In this document: one piece after another, positions 1-12,890 of the stretch
Layout: the number at the start of each line of letters is the position of its first letter
Position numbering within the stretch: the first letter of the stretch is position 1
From: Raja brachyura
Lineage: Eukaryota
Direction: 5' to 3'
Assembly (NCBI GenBank): GCA_963514005.1
Contig: OY740801.1
Coordinates: forward strand, 22,878,001 to 22,942,000
DNA length: 64,000 nt
Notes under the pieces: model-generated
Database searches by the model: none
Seen by the model: the letters and a program-made list of their open reading frames with translations, nothing else
Told to the model about the DNA's origin: nothing
Translations under genes and position numbers: made by a program

Positions 1-337
1 AAAGTGGACATTTGGAAAGGCTTTGATATAAGATGTAGGGATGTTAATCCAAAATACAAATGCATCTGTATATAACTTACACGGAACATACATGTTTGGG
101 ACAAAGACTCACCATTTGTTTATTTATTTGCCTCTGTACTCCCCATTTTGTGATTTGTAAAAGAATAAAATCACATGCGGTCAAAGTGCACATTGACAGA
201 TTTTAATAAAGGCCATTTTTATACATTTTGGTTTCACCATGTAGAAATTACAGCAGTGTTTATACATAGTGGCCCCCATTTCTGGGCACCATAATGTTTG
301 GGACACAGCAATGTAATGTAAATGAAAGTAGTCATGT

Positions 338-1535
338 TTAGTATTTTGTTGCATATCCTTTGCATGCAATGACTGCTTGAAGTGGGGCACATGTTGTCGA
401 GCTCCCCGTGCTGAGCCCTGTCAACTGACCTCAGTCAGGCGAACGACAACAAACAGAGACAGCCGCAGCAACGCTGCAGCTTGGCGCCCACCTTGCCCAA
501 CCAAGGGCATGCGCCCTTTTTAGGGCGGGCACCTACGGATGGTGAACCGGATGGCATCACCCTGCTGCAGACTTATGCTGCCTCAAACGCAAGAAGAAGA
601 CTGCATGAAGTCTGCGATTCATGGACATCACCAGTTCTCTGGTGACGCTCTGCCAGGCCTGTATTGCAGCCATCTTTAGGTTATGCACGTTTTGGGGGCT
701 AGTCCCCTTCAGCTTTCTCTTCAGCATATAAAATGCATGCTCAATTGGGTTCAGATCGGGTGATTGACTTGGCCACTCAAGAATTAACCATTTTTAGCTT
801 TGAATAACTTCTTTGTTGCTTGAGCAGTATGTCTGGGGTCATTGTCTTGCTGTAAAATGAACCGCCGACCAATGAGTTTTGAGGCATTTGTTTGAACTCG
901 AGCATATAGGATGTGTCTATACACTTCAGAATGTATTATGCTACTAACATCAGCAGTTGTATCATCAATGAAGATAAGTGAGCCAGTACCTTCAGCAGCC
1001 ATACATGCCCAGGCCATAACACCCCCAGCACAGTGTTTCACAGATGAGGTGGTATGCTTTGGATCTTGGGCAGTTCCTTCTCTCCTCCATACTTTGCTCT
1101 TGCCATCACTCTGATATGTTAATCTTCGTCTCATCTGTCCACAAGACTTTTTTCCAGAACTGTGATTGCAACGATGCCATCCTATTTTTGCAGCTTGCAG
1201 TGCAGCCTCTGTATTTCTGTTCATTAAGTCTTCTGCAGACAGTGGCCATTGACAAATCCACACTGAAGAGTGTTTCTGATCTGTCGGACAGATGCTTGGT
1301 GATTTTTCTTTATTGTAGAGAGAATTCTTCTGTCATCAGCTGTGGAGGTCTTGTTTGGCCTGCCAGTCCCTTTGCGATTAGTAAGCTCACCAGTGCTCTC
1401 TTTCTTCTTAATTATGTTCCAAACTGTTGATTTTGGCGTGTCTGAGGTGTGGCTGATGTCTCTAACAGTTTTATTCTTGTTTCTCAGTCTCATGATGGCT
1501 TCTTTGACTTTCATTGGCACAACTTTGGTCCTCAT
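338..1535 (-). pseudogene. Tc1-family DD34E transposase pseudogene (frameshifted, interrupted)
   Basis: HTH N-terminus MRTKVVPMKVKEAIMRL, GRP motif, QQDNDPRHT, WPSQSPDLNPIEHAF, and C-terminus RRLQAVIACKGYATKY* after removing the 384-598 insert and one TSD copy. Confidence 0.9.
384..598 (+). mobile_element. Short retroposed insert (non-LTR 3' fragment or SINE-like) inside the Tc1 transposase
   Basis: Flanked by a 13-bp TSD gactgc(t/a)tgaagt (371-383, 599-611). Ends in an (AAG)n tail. Confidence 0.6.
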
Positions 1536-1869
1536 GTTGATGAACAGCAATAAAAGTTTCCTAAGGTGATGAAAAGACTGGAGGAAAGACTAGGTGCTGA
1601 GAGCCCTCTTATACCTGCATTCAAAAACACCTGAGCAATTACAAACACCTGTGAACCCATGTGTCCCCAACATTATGGTGCCCTGAAATGGGGGGGACAA
1701 TGTATAAACACAGCTGTAATTTCTACATGGTGAAACCAAAATATATAAAAATACCCTTTAATAAAATCTGACAATGTGCACTTTTCTATTACAAACCTCA
1801 AATTGTGGAGTACAGATGCAAATAAATAAATGATGGGTTCTTTGTCCCAAACACTATGGGGGGCACTGT

Positions 1870-2950
1870 AGAACACAGAACAGTCGACCACAGGAGCAGG
1901 CCCTTCGGTCCACAATGCTGAATATGATGCCATATGATAAACAAATCTCCTCTGCCTGCACGTGATCCATGTCCTTGTTCCCGATATTGGGGGAGTGCAG
2001 AACCAGTGGCCGCAGTTTAAGAATAAGGGGTTGACCATTTGGAACGGAGATCAGGAAAAACCTTTTCACCCAGAGAGTTGTGAATCTGTGGAATTCTCTG
2101 CCTGCACTGAAGGCAGTGGAGGCTGATTCTCTGGATGCTTTCAAGAGAGCGTTAGATAGAGTTCTTAAAGATAGCGGAGTCAAGACATATGGGGAGAAGG
2201 CAGGAACGGGGTACTGATTGTGGATGATCAGCCATGATCACAGTGAATGGCGGCGCTGGCTCGAAGGGCCGAATGGCCTACTCCTGCACCTACTGTCTAT
2301 TGTCCTTCCATTCCCTGCATATCCATGTGGCTATCTAAAAGCCTCTTAAATGGCACTATCATATCTGCCTCTACCACCACCAAAGCAGTATATTGCAGGC
2401 ACCCATCTCCCTCCGTGTAGTCAAATAGTCATAGTCATACAGCACAGAAACTAGTCCAACCTGCCCGCGTTCAGGTATATCTGGTTCCATGTACCTTCTG
2501 AGTGAAAATGTTGTTCCTATTGAATGTTTCCCCTCTCACCTTAAACCAATATATGATTCCCCGACCCTAGCTAAAAAACTGTGCCTATCTATTCCAAGAA
2601 ATCCCTATTCCAAAACCATCTCTCCTTTAAACTTTGCCTTTCTCACCTTAAAGCAATGTCCTCTAGTCTTTGACATTTCCAGCCTGGGGAAAAGGTTCTG
2701 ACTGTCTACCCTACCCCTCACAGTTGTATAAACTTCTACCGGGTCTCCTCACAGCTTCCGACACTCCAGAGATAAAAATCCCCGTCTGTCCCACTTCTCC
2801 CCTTGTAGCTAATACCCTCCCCCCCCGGCATCATTCTGGTAAACGTCCTCTGCAACCGCTCCAAAGCCTCCACATCCTTCCTGTAATGAGATGTCCAGAA
2901 CTGTACGCAATACTCCAAACATTGGCAAACCAAAGCCCTACAAGGCGGCA
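1870..2950 (-). mobile_element. Cluster of old CR1-clade LINE 3' fragments
   Basis: LEYCVQFWTSHYRKDVEALERLQRTFTRM at 2736-2960, plus CR1 3'-UTR-like gcaggcccttcggtccac. Confidence 0.75.
1977..2300 (+). mobile_element. Young CR1 LINE 3' end nested in an older CR1
   Basis: FFTQRVVNLWNSLP-type coding end, 3' UTR with ctattgt tail, 7-bp TSD tgtcctt (1970-1976, 2301-2307). Confidence 0.85.
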
Positions 2951-4549
2951 GGTCAGACAATGGGATAAGACATCAGAGGAGTACACTGCAGTAGAGAGCA
3001 GAGCTCCTGCAGTGGTCAGGTTGTGCGGTCACTGGCTGGGGTCACACTGACCCTGGGCTCTGGCCCTCTGGAAGGGTAGGTCCCTGTGACTGGCACCTCT
3101 GGAACAAGCGTACCCTGGCAGGGAGAGTGCCAGCCAACCAATCAACCCCTCCTCACCTGTACCCACCTACTGCCTGCCGGCATGTGCCCCTCCCCCCTGC
3201 CCGTGTGGCGATGAGCCCCTCCCCCCTGCCCGTGTGGCGATGAGCCCCTCCCCCATGCCCGTGTGGCAACCCCTCCACCGTCCTGCCCCAATTGGGGGGG
3301 GGGGTTGGACACCAGCCTCGAATGCCCACCACACATACCCTTGAACATGGTCTCCCGCTTCCCTGCCATTGACCGCCTGCCAGGTTGCTAACATCCCCGG
3401 CCCTCTGTCCCGGCCCTCTCTCCTGGCCCTGGCCCTCTCCCCAACCCCCATACTGCCCCATGAGGAGGAACACAGACCCCCTGTCGCTGCCTGTCCCTGT
3501 ATCCCAGCCCTGGGCCTAGCACTGTCTCCCAGCCCTGGTCTCTCTCCCAGGCCCCAGCCCCGGTGAGGGGGAACACAGGCCCCCTGTCGCTGCCCGTCCT
3601 GTTTGCGAGGCAGGGCCGGCAGCCGGTGTGCCTGTTTAAAATGAGCTGTCCCTGCAAGGTCTCTGGTGAGCTCAGCGTGCTAACGACTGTTTCCCCAGAC
3701 GGCAGACAACAGCCCAACAGTCCGCCACTGGGCTTGAAGCGACCCTTTGTTTCCCTCACCCTGTGTGGGCGGGCTGTAAACTGAGTGCCTGTGTTGCCGG
3801 AGCCAGCCTGGTGCCCGCATCGCCCTGGATGGAAGGTCAGCACAGTGATTATCGGCACAGATCGCAGCGAGAGACAGGGTGCAGTGAGAGCTCGCCACTC
3901 TCTGCTCAAAGCACTCCTCAGGGTTACTGTTACACTGCAACATTATTCCAGGGAGACCGGCTCGGCAGTAGCCCGAGCCGACGTCAAGTGACTACAGTTC
4001 CCCTCAGTCGCCAGAGTCAAAAGCTGAATGTTCATTCTGCAGGACAATCGCAGGCAAACAGTGGGGGAGTGTGCTGGAGTAACAGGGCCCCACACTCACA
4101 GCCTCACTCACAGCCCCGCACCCCGCACAGGGTCGCTGCACGGCCGAGCCTCGGGAACATGCCTGTCTGTGTGCCGGGAACACTAGCACCGGACACGGAC
4201 ACACGGTGACCCTGGGAAACAGACACACGGTGATCCTGGGACATGGACACGCAGTGATCCCGGGACGTGGACATACAGTTCATGCTCTGCTCAATGACCT
4301 CTACCACCACACGCGTGTGTAGGGAAGGCTCTGTCACCAGACGGTCGTGTGTGAGGAGCGACAGGTAGGGGGTGGCAGCGGGTACGGAGGGAGTGAGCAG
4401 CCCAGCCCAACCCGGCCTCCACCAAATCACACACATAGATGCATGGGGTGACACTGGGAGTCCCCACACACACACTGTGGAAGCTAGCTAGCAACACGTA
4501 GGCACCTCCTCACACCTTCCAGAGACCTTGCAGGGACAGAAGATGTGAC

Positions 4550-5150
4550 AGACTGGCGTCCACTACAAATCCACCGACTCACACATTTATCTGGACTACA
4601 CTCCCTCCCTCCGTGCCTCTTGCAAAGACGCAATCGCCTAGTCTCAATTCCTCCATCTCCGCCACATCTTCTCCCATGATGAGGCTTTCCATTCTAGGAG
4701 ATCCGAGATGTCCTCGTTCTTTAGTGAACATGGTTTCCCCCTGCTGTCATAGATGGATCCCTCACCCACGTTTCTTCTGTGTCCTGTAGCTCTCTCGCCC
4801 TCACCCCAAATGCAATAAGGAAGAGTTCCCCAGGTCCTCACCTTGCAAACTCCATCCTCTGCATCCAACACATCAGCCTCCGACATTTCCGCCGCTTCCA
4901 ATGTGATTCCACCACCAGTCACATCTTCCCATCCCCACCCCTTTCTGCCTTCCGCCGAGATCTCTCTCTCCATGGTTCACTCAGCATAAAGCACCCCCTC
5001 CCTAGGGACGTTCCCATGCAACTGCAGAAGATGTAGCACTTTCTCCCTTGACTCCATCCAGGGGCCCCAACAGTCCTTCCAGGTCCAACGGAGGATCACG
5101 TGCACCTCCTCAAACCACATCTGCTGCAGCTGGAGTTCCCAATGTAGGCT
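4550..5150 (+). mobile_element. Penelope-like element fragment (RT C-terminus and linker)
   Basis: HYKSTDSHIYLDYT (YYKPTDSH-type motif) and IQHISLRHFRRFQCDSTTSHIFPSPPLSAFRRD. Homologous to 57694-58240. Confidence 0.8.
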
Positions 5151-5465
5151 CTGGAGTCTTTTACCCAGAGTGAGGAATCAAGAACCAGAGGACATAGGTT
5201 TATGCTGAGAAGGAAAACATTTAATAGGAACCTGAGGGGCAACATTACCACACTGACGGTGGTAGGTATATGCAACAAGCTGCCAGAGGAGGTAGTTGAG
5301 ACAATAACAACATTTAAAAGATGTTTGGGGGTGCACATGGATAGGAAATGTTAAGAGGGATGTGGACCAAATGCGGGGCAGGTGGAACCAGGATAGATGG
5401 GATATTTTGGTTGGCATGGGAAAGTTGGGCCGAAGGGCCTGTTCCCGTGATGTCTGATTCTGTGA
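5150..5465 (+). mobile_element. CR1 LINE 3' fragment
   Basis: Degenerate ESRTRGHRF...FNRNLRG coding end and ttgggccgaagggcctgtt tail. Confidence 0.75.
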
Positions 5466-6139
5466 CGCTGGCCTCAGAGATGGCACAGTGTTTCCTTCGC
5501 TCGGTGCGTTACACACGCGATGCCTCACATGTTTTGGTGCGTTACCTGCAATGCTGGCACTACCCTGAATCAAGCCCTCCTGCTCGGTGTGCCTCCTGTC
5601 GGGGTCACAGAGGATGCAAGGGTTTCACCAACAAAAGGCCCTGATTTCTGGCAAACTTCCAGGCGTTGGAAAACCGCAAGTATAACACCAGCACTCTGCT
5701 TAGGAAAAAAAAAGAGAGAGAGAGAGAGGAGAGAGGTGCGGGGAGAGGGAGAGAGAGGGAAGAAAGGAGAGAGAGAGAGAGAGAGAGCAGGAAACCAGAG
5801 CAGAAATCAAACTGCTGGAGGAACTCAGTGGGTCAGTCAGGCAGCACCTTTGGAAGTCACGAGATGGTCAATGTTTTGGGTCGAGACCAAACATCAGGAC
5901 TCAGACCAGAGGCTGCCCAGCCCGTCGAGCCCCTCCAGCAGTTTGTATTTTGCTCCAGGTCTTGGCAGCTGTGGTCTCGTGTGTCTCCAGGAAATATGGG
6001 ACTGGCCCACACTGGCCTCTGGGCAGATGCTGGAATCCATTATTAAGGTGAAAACAGCAGGAAAATCAGGAAATAACCCGAGTGAGCAGAACCAATGGGA
6101 TTTATGAAATGAATGTTTGACAAATTTGTATGAGATAGA

Positions 6140-6875
6140 ACATAAAACATATAGCACAGAACAGTACAACATGGGAACAGGCCCTTCTGCCCACAATATC
6201 CGTGCTGAACATGATGCCAAGAACATCTCTTATTAGCCTGCATGGGATCCATATTCCTCCATTCCCTGCATATCCATGCACCTATCTAAAAGTCTCTTAA
6301 ACGCCACTATTGTATCTGCCTCCACCACTGCGTCTGGCAGTGTGTTCCAGGCACCCACCACCCTCTGTGTAAAAAACAAGCCCCACACATCCCCTTTAAC
6401 TTTCCTCCTCTCACCTTAAAGCTATGCATTTTTGTCCTTGACATATGCACCTTTGAAGACAAAGTTCTGACTGTCAACCCTATCTGTGCCTCTATCAGGT
6501 CTCCACTCAGCCTCCAATACTCCAGAGAAAACAATTTGTCCAATCTCTCCTATAATATACCTTTAGCTAATCCAGGCAACATCCGGGTATGGTTGGTACA
6601 GGTTTATTATTGTCACTTGTTCTGAGCTACAGTGAAAAGCTTTGTCTGCGTGTTATCCAGTCCAATCATACTATACATGAGTACAACCAAACCATACACA
6701 AGTACAACAGGTCGTGCAAAGAGAAAAATATCCGTGCAGAATGTAGTGTTACAGCGTTACAGTTCTTCAATTACAGATGAACCTCCTCTGCTGCCTCTCC
6801 ATAACCTCCCTGTAATGAGGTGACCAGAACTGCACCCAATACTCCAACGTGCCCTGGCCAAAGTCCTATAAAGAT
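6140..6875 (-). mobile_element. CR1 3' fragments with an interspersed Rex1-type 3' tail
   Basis: Reverse-complement CR1 3' UTR and coding end. The 6600-6770 tail matches the other Rex1 tails in the window. Confidence 0.65.
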
Positions 6876-7660
6876 GCAGAAGGCAAGCCTGCCTTCACAA
6901 AGCAAAACACAAAACGCATCTGTGGAGGAAATGGACAGGTAACGTTCCCGGTCCAGACACTTCTTCAATGTGAAACATCGCCTGTCCATTCCCCCCCACA
7001 GATGCTGCCTGACCCGCTGAGTCACTTCACCGCTATTTCGTTCAAGATTCCAAAATCTGCAGTTCCTTGTACAATATAAAAGTTGGGAGTTCATTTTGCA
7101 AAATTCTGTTTGGACCACTCTCTGAGTGTTACAGTATGTATGTAGTTGTATGGGCTAAACATTCTCTCCCACTGTGCTGTGAATCTTTACTGCAGGGATA
7201 GATAGATTTTTGATTAAAAAAGGTGAACGGTTGCAGGGGTCAATGGGGATGCAGGGTTGAGACAGGGTTGGCCGTGAACTTATTAAATGATGCATCGGAC
7301 TCACGGGGCCCAACGGCCCCTTCCTGCCCCTGGCTGCTGCTTTCCCACCGTGACACTCGACTCCCAGTAACCACTGATCTCCTTCCCGCCTTTCACCAGA
7401 AACTGGGGACTGTGCACCATGTTGAATGCTGAATACAAGTTGAAATCCAAGCCAGAAACCTGACTGAATTCAGTTGAATCTGAAATGGTCCCAGTCGATT
7501 TGAAGGCAGCAAATGTAACACTACTCAAGAAGGCAAGAGAAAACAACAACTATAAACTAGTCCCTCTGACACTCACTGCCCGTTGGAAACGTGCTGGAAT
7601 TCATCAGCAGTACAGGGCACTTAGTTGAGTTTAGTTTAGAGCTACAACATGGAAACGTGC

Positions 7661-7755
7661 CGTCTGAAGAAGGGTCCCGATCTGAAACGTCACTTATCCA
7701 TGTTCTCCAGAGATGCCGCCCGACCCGCTGAGTTACTCCAGCACTTTGTGGCCTT
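7661..7755 (+). ncRNA. Penelope terminal-repeat fragment with a minimal hammerhead ribozyme core
   Basis: CTGAAGA-a-gggtcccgatct-GAAA-CGTC at 7664-7691, followed by the conserved Penelope end gatgc.gcc.gacccgctgagttactccagca. Confidence 0.6.
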
Positions 7756-7764
7756 TTATGGAAA

Positions 7765-8070
7765 TAGGTCCTTCGGCCCACAGGGTCCACACCAACCATC
7801 CATCACCCGTTCACAATGGTCTATGTGACCCCACTATTACATCCACTCCCTACACACCAGAGGCAATTTACAGAGGGCCAATTAACCTACAAACCCACAC
7901 CTCTTTGGGATGTGGGAGGAAACCGGAGTCACAGGGCGAACGTGTAAACTCCACATTTTGGAATCTTGAACGAAATAGCGGTGAAGTGACTCAGCGGGTC
8001 AGGCAGCATCTGAGGCAGCACCCGAGGTCAGGATCAAACGCGGGTCTCTGGTGTTGCGCTTCCGCAGGTC
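7765..8070 (-). mobile_element. tRNA-derived V-SINE (HE1-like), interrupted by a 58-bp templated insert
   Basis: V-domain-like gggatgtgggaggaaaccggag...aaactccac and a CR1-type tail. Homologous to 49920-50210. Confidence 0.75.
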
Positions 8071-9233
8071 AGTGTGGGTTGATGAAGGAAATCTTATCAG
8101 GCAGATCCCATGCTCTGCGGCCATGTGCGGTCAATGCAATGATCACGCAGGGCCGCACATTATCTCAATCCCATTACCCCGGCATCTCCCCCTAACCCAC
8201 TCTCTCAACGACTTCACCCTGCTTGCACACGCCTATACACCGGGTGGGTTTACGCCCAGTTTACAACCTGCTGTAGGAAGGACGTCATTCATCTGGAAAC
8301 ACTGCAGACCCGCCGCACCAGCAGTGTCATTTTAACCCTCTCTCATTCTGCACAATCCATGCCACAACCCTCTATCTTTCTGCACAATCCTGCTCCAGAC
8401 ATAGGGTTTGGGTTTATTACGGTCATGTGTACCAACGTACAGCGAATACCTTTGCTTTGTATGTTATCCAAACAGATCCGTTATACCGTACATACAACTA
8501 AGTCAAACTCAAGTACAATAGGCAGAGCAAAGGGCAGAGTACGGAGTATAGTTCTCAGCTTTGTAATGCATCAGTTCCAGAGACAAAGCCCAAAGGGGTA
8601 GATGGGAATTGGACAGCACCATGGCTAATGGAAAGACCGCTCAGATGCCTGATAACCAAGAGGAAGAAGTTGTCCCGGTCGTCTCCAACCGTAGAATATT
8701 CGGCACCAGCCGGACTTAATAACGGTGGGGTGCGGAGGCCCCTGATTCTGCGGTCAACAGTTAAAGCCACAGGGATTATTGATGGACACAGAGGTACGGT
8801 CAGGCCTTAAGGACAATCTAAATTTGGGAGAGATGTAATTTCCATGCCACAAGTCAGTACTATTTTCTGATTGCCGGTAAATTATGACAATATCCATGGG
8901 TTTATCGTCACTGCCTCTATTTTTGCAGGTCCCTGGCTGTTATTTTAAAAGTGACAGCTGTGCACGGCTATTATAGAGCCAGAATTTCTTCAAATCCCTG
9001 TGACTGTGTTATCAGAATGCATCTGCATGGGAGGGGTAGGGGAGTTTACGGTGGGTAGGGGGTGTGTAGGGGAGGGGTAGGGAGTGTGTAGGGGAGGGGT
9101 TGGGGTGTTTACGGGGGGGGGGGGGGGTAGGGGATATTTACAAGAGGTACAGTGTTTATGGAAGCGCTAGTGCAGGTGTAGGGGAGGGAACGAGTTGATA
9201 CCCTTCATCAGACTGATATGAAGGGTCCTGACC

Positions 9234-10468
9234 TAGAAACATATAAAATAGGTGCAGGAGTAGGCCATTTGGCCCTTTGAGCCAGCACCGCCATTCAATA
9301 TGACTCTGGCTCTGGACTCCCCCAACATTGGGAACATTTTTCCTGCATCTAGCCTGTCCAATTCCTTAAGAAATCTATATGTTTCTATAAGATCCCCTCT
9401 CATTGTTCTAAATTCCAGTGAATACAAACCCAGTCAACCCATTCTTTCATCATATGTCAGTCCCACCATCCCGGAAATTAACCTGGTGAACCTACGTTGC
9501 ACTCGCTCAATAGCAATAATGCCCTTCCTCAAATTAGGAGACCAAAACTGCACACAATATTCCAGGTGTGGTCTCACTAGGGCCCTGGACAACTGCAGTA
9601 GGACCTCTTTGCTCCTATACTGAAATACTCTCGCTATGAAGGTCAACATGCCATTAGCTTTCTTCACTGCCTGCTGTACCTGCATACTTACTTTCAGTGA
9701 CTGATGTACAAGGACACCCAGGTCTCATTGCACCTCCCCTTTTCCTAATCTGACACCATTCAGAGTATAATCTGCCTTCTTGTTCTTGCCACCAAAGTGG
9801 ATAACCTCACATTTATCTACATTATACTGCATCTGCCATGCATCTGCCCACTTACCCAACCACTTACCCAACCTATGCAAGTCATCCTGCAGCCTCATAG
9901 CATCCTCCTCGCAGCTCACACTGCCACCCAGTTTTGTGTCATCTGCAAATTAGGAGATTTTATTCCTTTGTCTAAATCATTAATATACACTGTAAATAAT
10001 TGGGGTCCCAGCATTGAGCCTTGCGGTACCCCACCACTCACTGCCTGCCATTCTGAAAAGGACACATTAATTCCTACTCTTTGCTTCCTGTCTGCCAACC
10101 AGTTCTCTATCCACGTCAATACCCTACCCCCAATACCATGTGCTCTAATTTTGCACACTAATCTCTTGTGGGACCTTGTCAAATGCTTTTTGAAAGTCCA
10201 GATACACCACATCCACTGGCTCTCCCTTATCCATTCTACTTGTTACATCTTCAAATCATTCCAGAAGATTAGTCAAGCATGATTTCCCCTTCACAAATCC
10301 ATGCTGACTTTGACCGATCCTGTCACTGCTTTCCAAATGCGCTGCTATTCCATCTTTTATAATCGACTCAAACATCTTCCCCACTACCGATGTAAGGCTA
10401 ACTGGTCTATAATTCCCCATTTTCTCTCGCCCTCCTTTGTCAAAAAGTGGGGTTTCATTAGCTACCCT
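9234..10468 (-). mobile_element. 5'-truncated CR1 LINE (RT region to 3' tail) with internal deletions
   Basis: SGGVPQGSMLGPQLFTVYINDLD, KWADAWQMQYNVDKCEVIHFG, VRPHLEYCVQFWSP, and a tatgtttct tail at ~9234. Confidence 0.92.
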
Positions 10469-11177
10469 AAGGTGACCCTCAGGTGACCAAAAACGTCACC
10501 TGTCCTTTCCCTTCACAGATGGTGCCTGAGCCGCTGAGCTCCTCCTGCACCCTGTTTTGCTCCAGACTCCTGCACCCTGCCATCTCTTGCCTCCAGAAGG
10601 CATTTTATGGTGCACTGGCCCGCTGTGGGGAGAGCTGCACTCCCGGTTTAACTGTGTGACAGGTTTCTCTGGAGAAGCTCTGAGATTGCAGTGGTGTCCG
10701 AACCTGCTCACTGTTTACAATGCAGGCCCTCTATGTGACTGCACACTGGTCAAATAATAAATCAAGTCCGACATCTGTCCTTGCAACTGATCCAACCATA
10801 TCTCTCCAATTAGTCTGCATAAATAGTGCCAAAAGGTTACTGTGACTTAGACAAGTTAATTCTCATTTCACATTATGGACAGAAGTTAATCCCCCAGCAA
10901 GCAGCAGAGTGAGGGAGTTAGGGGGAGGGAGTTAGGGGGAGTGGGGTTGGGGGGGTGGGGAACTGCCACTCCCTGACAGGAGTGTCCGTGTGCAGGGACT
11001 CCGGACCACCAAATGTGGGGCAGGACCCCGCCCTGGCGAGAGGGGGTCTCGGACTGGCAGATCCGCCCGGGACATCTCACGTACGTCCGATCGGGGAGCG
11101 GACACAAGCTCGCCACGGAGCAACATGCACTTACACACAAAACACGGAGCAGGCCCTTCGGCCCACAACTTTCATGC

Positions 11178-11535
11178 CGAAGGCTGTCAACATCATCAAA
11201 GACCCACACCATCCTGGCCACACACTCATTTCACCATTGCTATCGGGAAGAAGGTACAGGAGCCTGAACACTGCAACGTCCAGGTTCAGAGACAGCGTCT
11301 TCCCTACAGCCATCAGGCTGTTAAACACAACGACAAATAAGCTCTGAACTACAACGGAGTATTATTATTATTGCACCTTATTTGTGTATTTAGTGAGTAT
11401 GTGTGTATGTGTATATATCACACTGAACGTTTTTTCTCCCGTTAGGTACGATCTTTACATATTATGTTGTGCTGCAGCAAGTAAGAACTTCATTGTCCGA
11501 TCTGGGACATATGACAATAAAACACACTTGACCCT
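11178..11535 (+). mobile_element. Rex1/Babar-clade LINE 3' end
   Basis: KAVNIIKDPHHPGHTLISPLLSGRRYRSL...RFRDSVFPTAIRLLN, followed by a 3' UTR with gacaataaa. Confidence 0.8.
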
Positions 11536-12269
11536 TGAACATGATGCCAGCTTACACTAACCTCCTCTGCCTGTATGTGATCTATATGCCTCCATTCTCT
11601 ACATATCCATGTGCCTATCTAAATGTCTCTTAAACACCCTATTGTACCTGCCTCCACCACTACTCACAGCAGTGCGTTCCAGGCACCCACAACTCTGTCA
11701 AAAAAACGCCCCACACATCTCATGGGGTCATGGTCACAATGCGCGGAAACGTCAACCCAACTTGTCTACACCGGCCAAAATGTCCCATCTACGCTAGTCC
11801 CACCTGCGCATGTTTGACCCATAAACCGTTCCTGTCCATGTACCTTCCCCAATGTCTTTTAAATGTTGTTATTGTACCTGCCTCAACTATCTCCTCTGGC
11901 AGCTCGTTTCATATAATTCCTTCGAGGAATGTAAGAAATGTATGAGGAGAGGGGAACCAAGAGCGTACAAAGCGGGCGTGAGATAGCCAGACTCTGCAGT
12001 CCTCGTGTCAATACGAAAAAGCTCTTGTGGACAAGATTGTGGACAATGCTGAGAGATTCTGTATACTGCATATTAAGAGCAACAGGGTATCCAGCGAGAG
12101 AGCTCTGGAAAAGCAGGTTTCAGCACTGGTCCTTGCAGAAGACACATGTCAGAGAAACACCTCTCCTGGTGGGATCCTCAGTAACGAACCCTTCCTTCCT
12201 GGTGAGTGGAGCTGATTCTTCCACACTCTCTCCGAGGGTCACTGTACAACTCCCCAGCCAAGCAGATTC

Positions 12270-12890
12270 TGTGTGTAGTTCTGGTCGCCCACTACAGGGG
12301 GCCTCGCTGTGGGGAAGGGTGCAGAAGAGATTCTAAGCGTGAGTTACAGGGGGAGGTTGGATAGGCTGGGACTTTTTCCTTTGGAGTGCAGGAGGCTGAG
12401 GGTGACCTCATTGAGGTGTGCAAGATTACAAAGGTCACGGATAAAATGAACGCTCACTGTCTTCATCCCAGGGTAGAGGATTCTAAAAGTAGAGGACATT
12501 AAGGTGAGAGGGGAGAGATTTAAGAGGGACCTCAGGAGCAACCTTTTCACTCAAAGGGTAGTCTGTATCTGGGCCAACTTGCCAGAGGAAGCTATAGAAG
12601 CGGTTACAAACGGTTATAAGACTTTTCAAAGATATTTGGAAAGTTAGCTGGATAGGACGTGTGTAGAGGGATATGGGCCAAATGCAGGCAAATGAGACTA
12701 GCCTAGAATGTTAACGGTCAGCATGGGCAAGATGGGCCAAAGGGCATGTTTTCCTTGCTGTACAGCCTGGATGGGCACATGGATATGCAGGGAATGCAGG
12801 GATATGTATTATGTACAGGCAGATAGGGGTGGTCTTGGCATCACGTCCGACACAGACATTGGGAGCTTGTTTCCATGCTGTACAGCTCTG
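12270..12890 (+). mobile_element. Old CR1 3' fragments
   Basis: Degenerate CVQFWSP and LFSLE.RRLRGDL coding remnants plus tails. Confidence 0.7.

Larger units (their letters stand above)
92..1868 (-). mobile_element. Tc1/mariner DNA transposon with long (~210 bp, IR/DR-type) TIRs, decayed
   Basis: 92-308 is the inverted copy of ~1660-1855 (e.g. tttggtttcaccatgtagaaattacagc vs gctgtaatttctacatggtgaaaccaaa). The right end ggggcactg is followed by TA. The outermost ~15 bp of the left TIR is missing. Confidence 0.9.
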
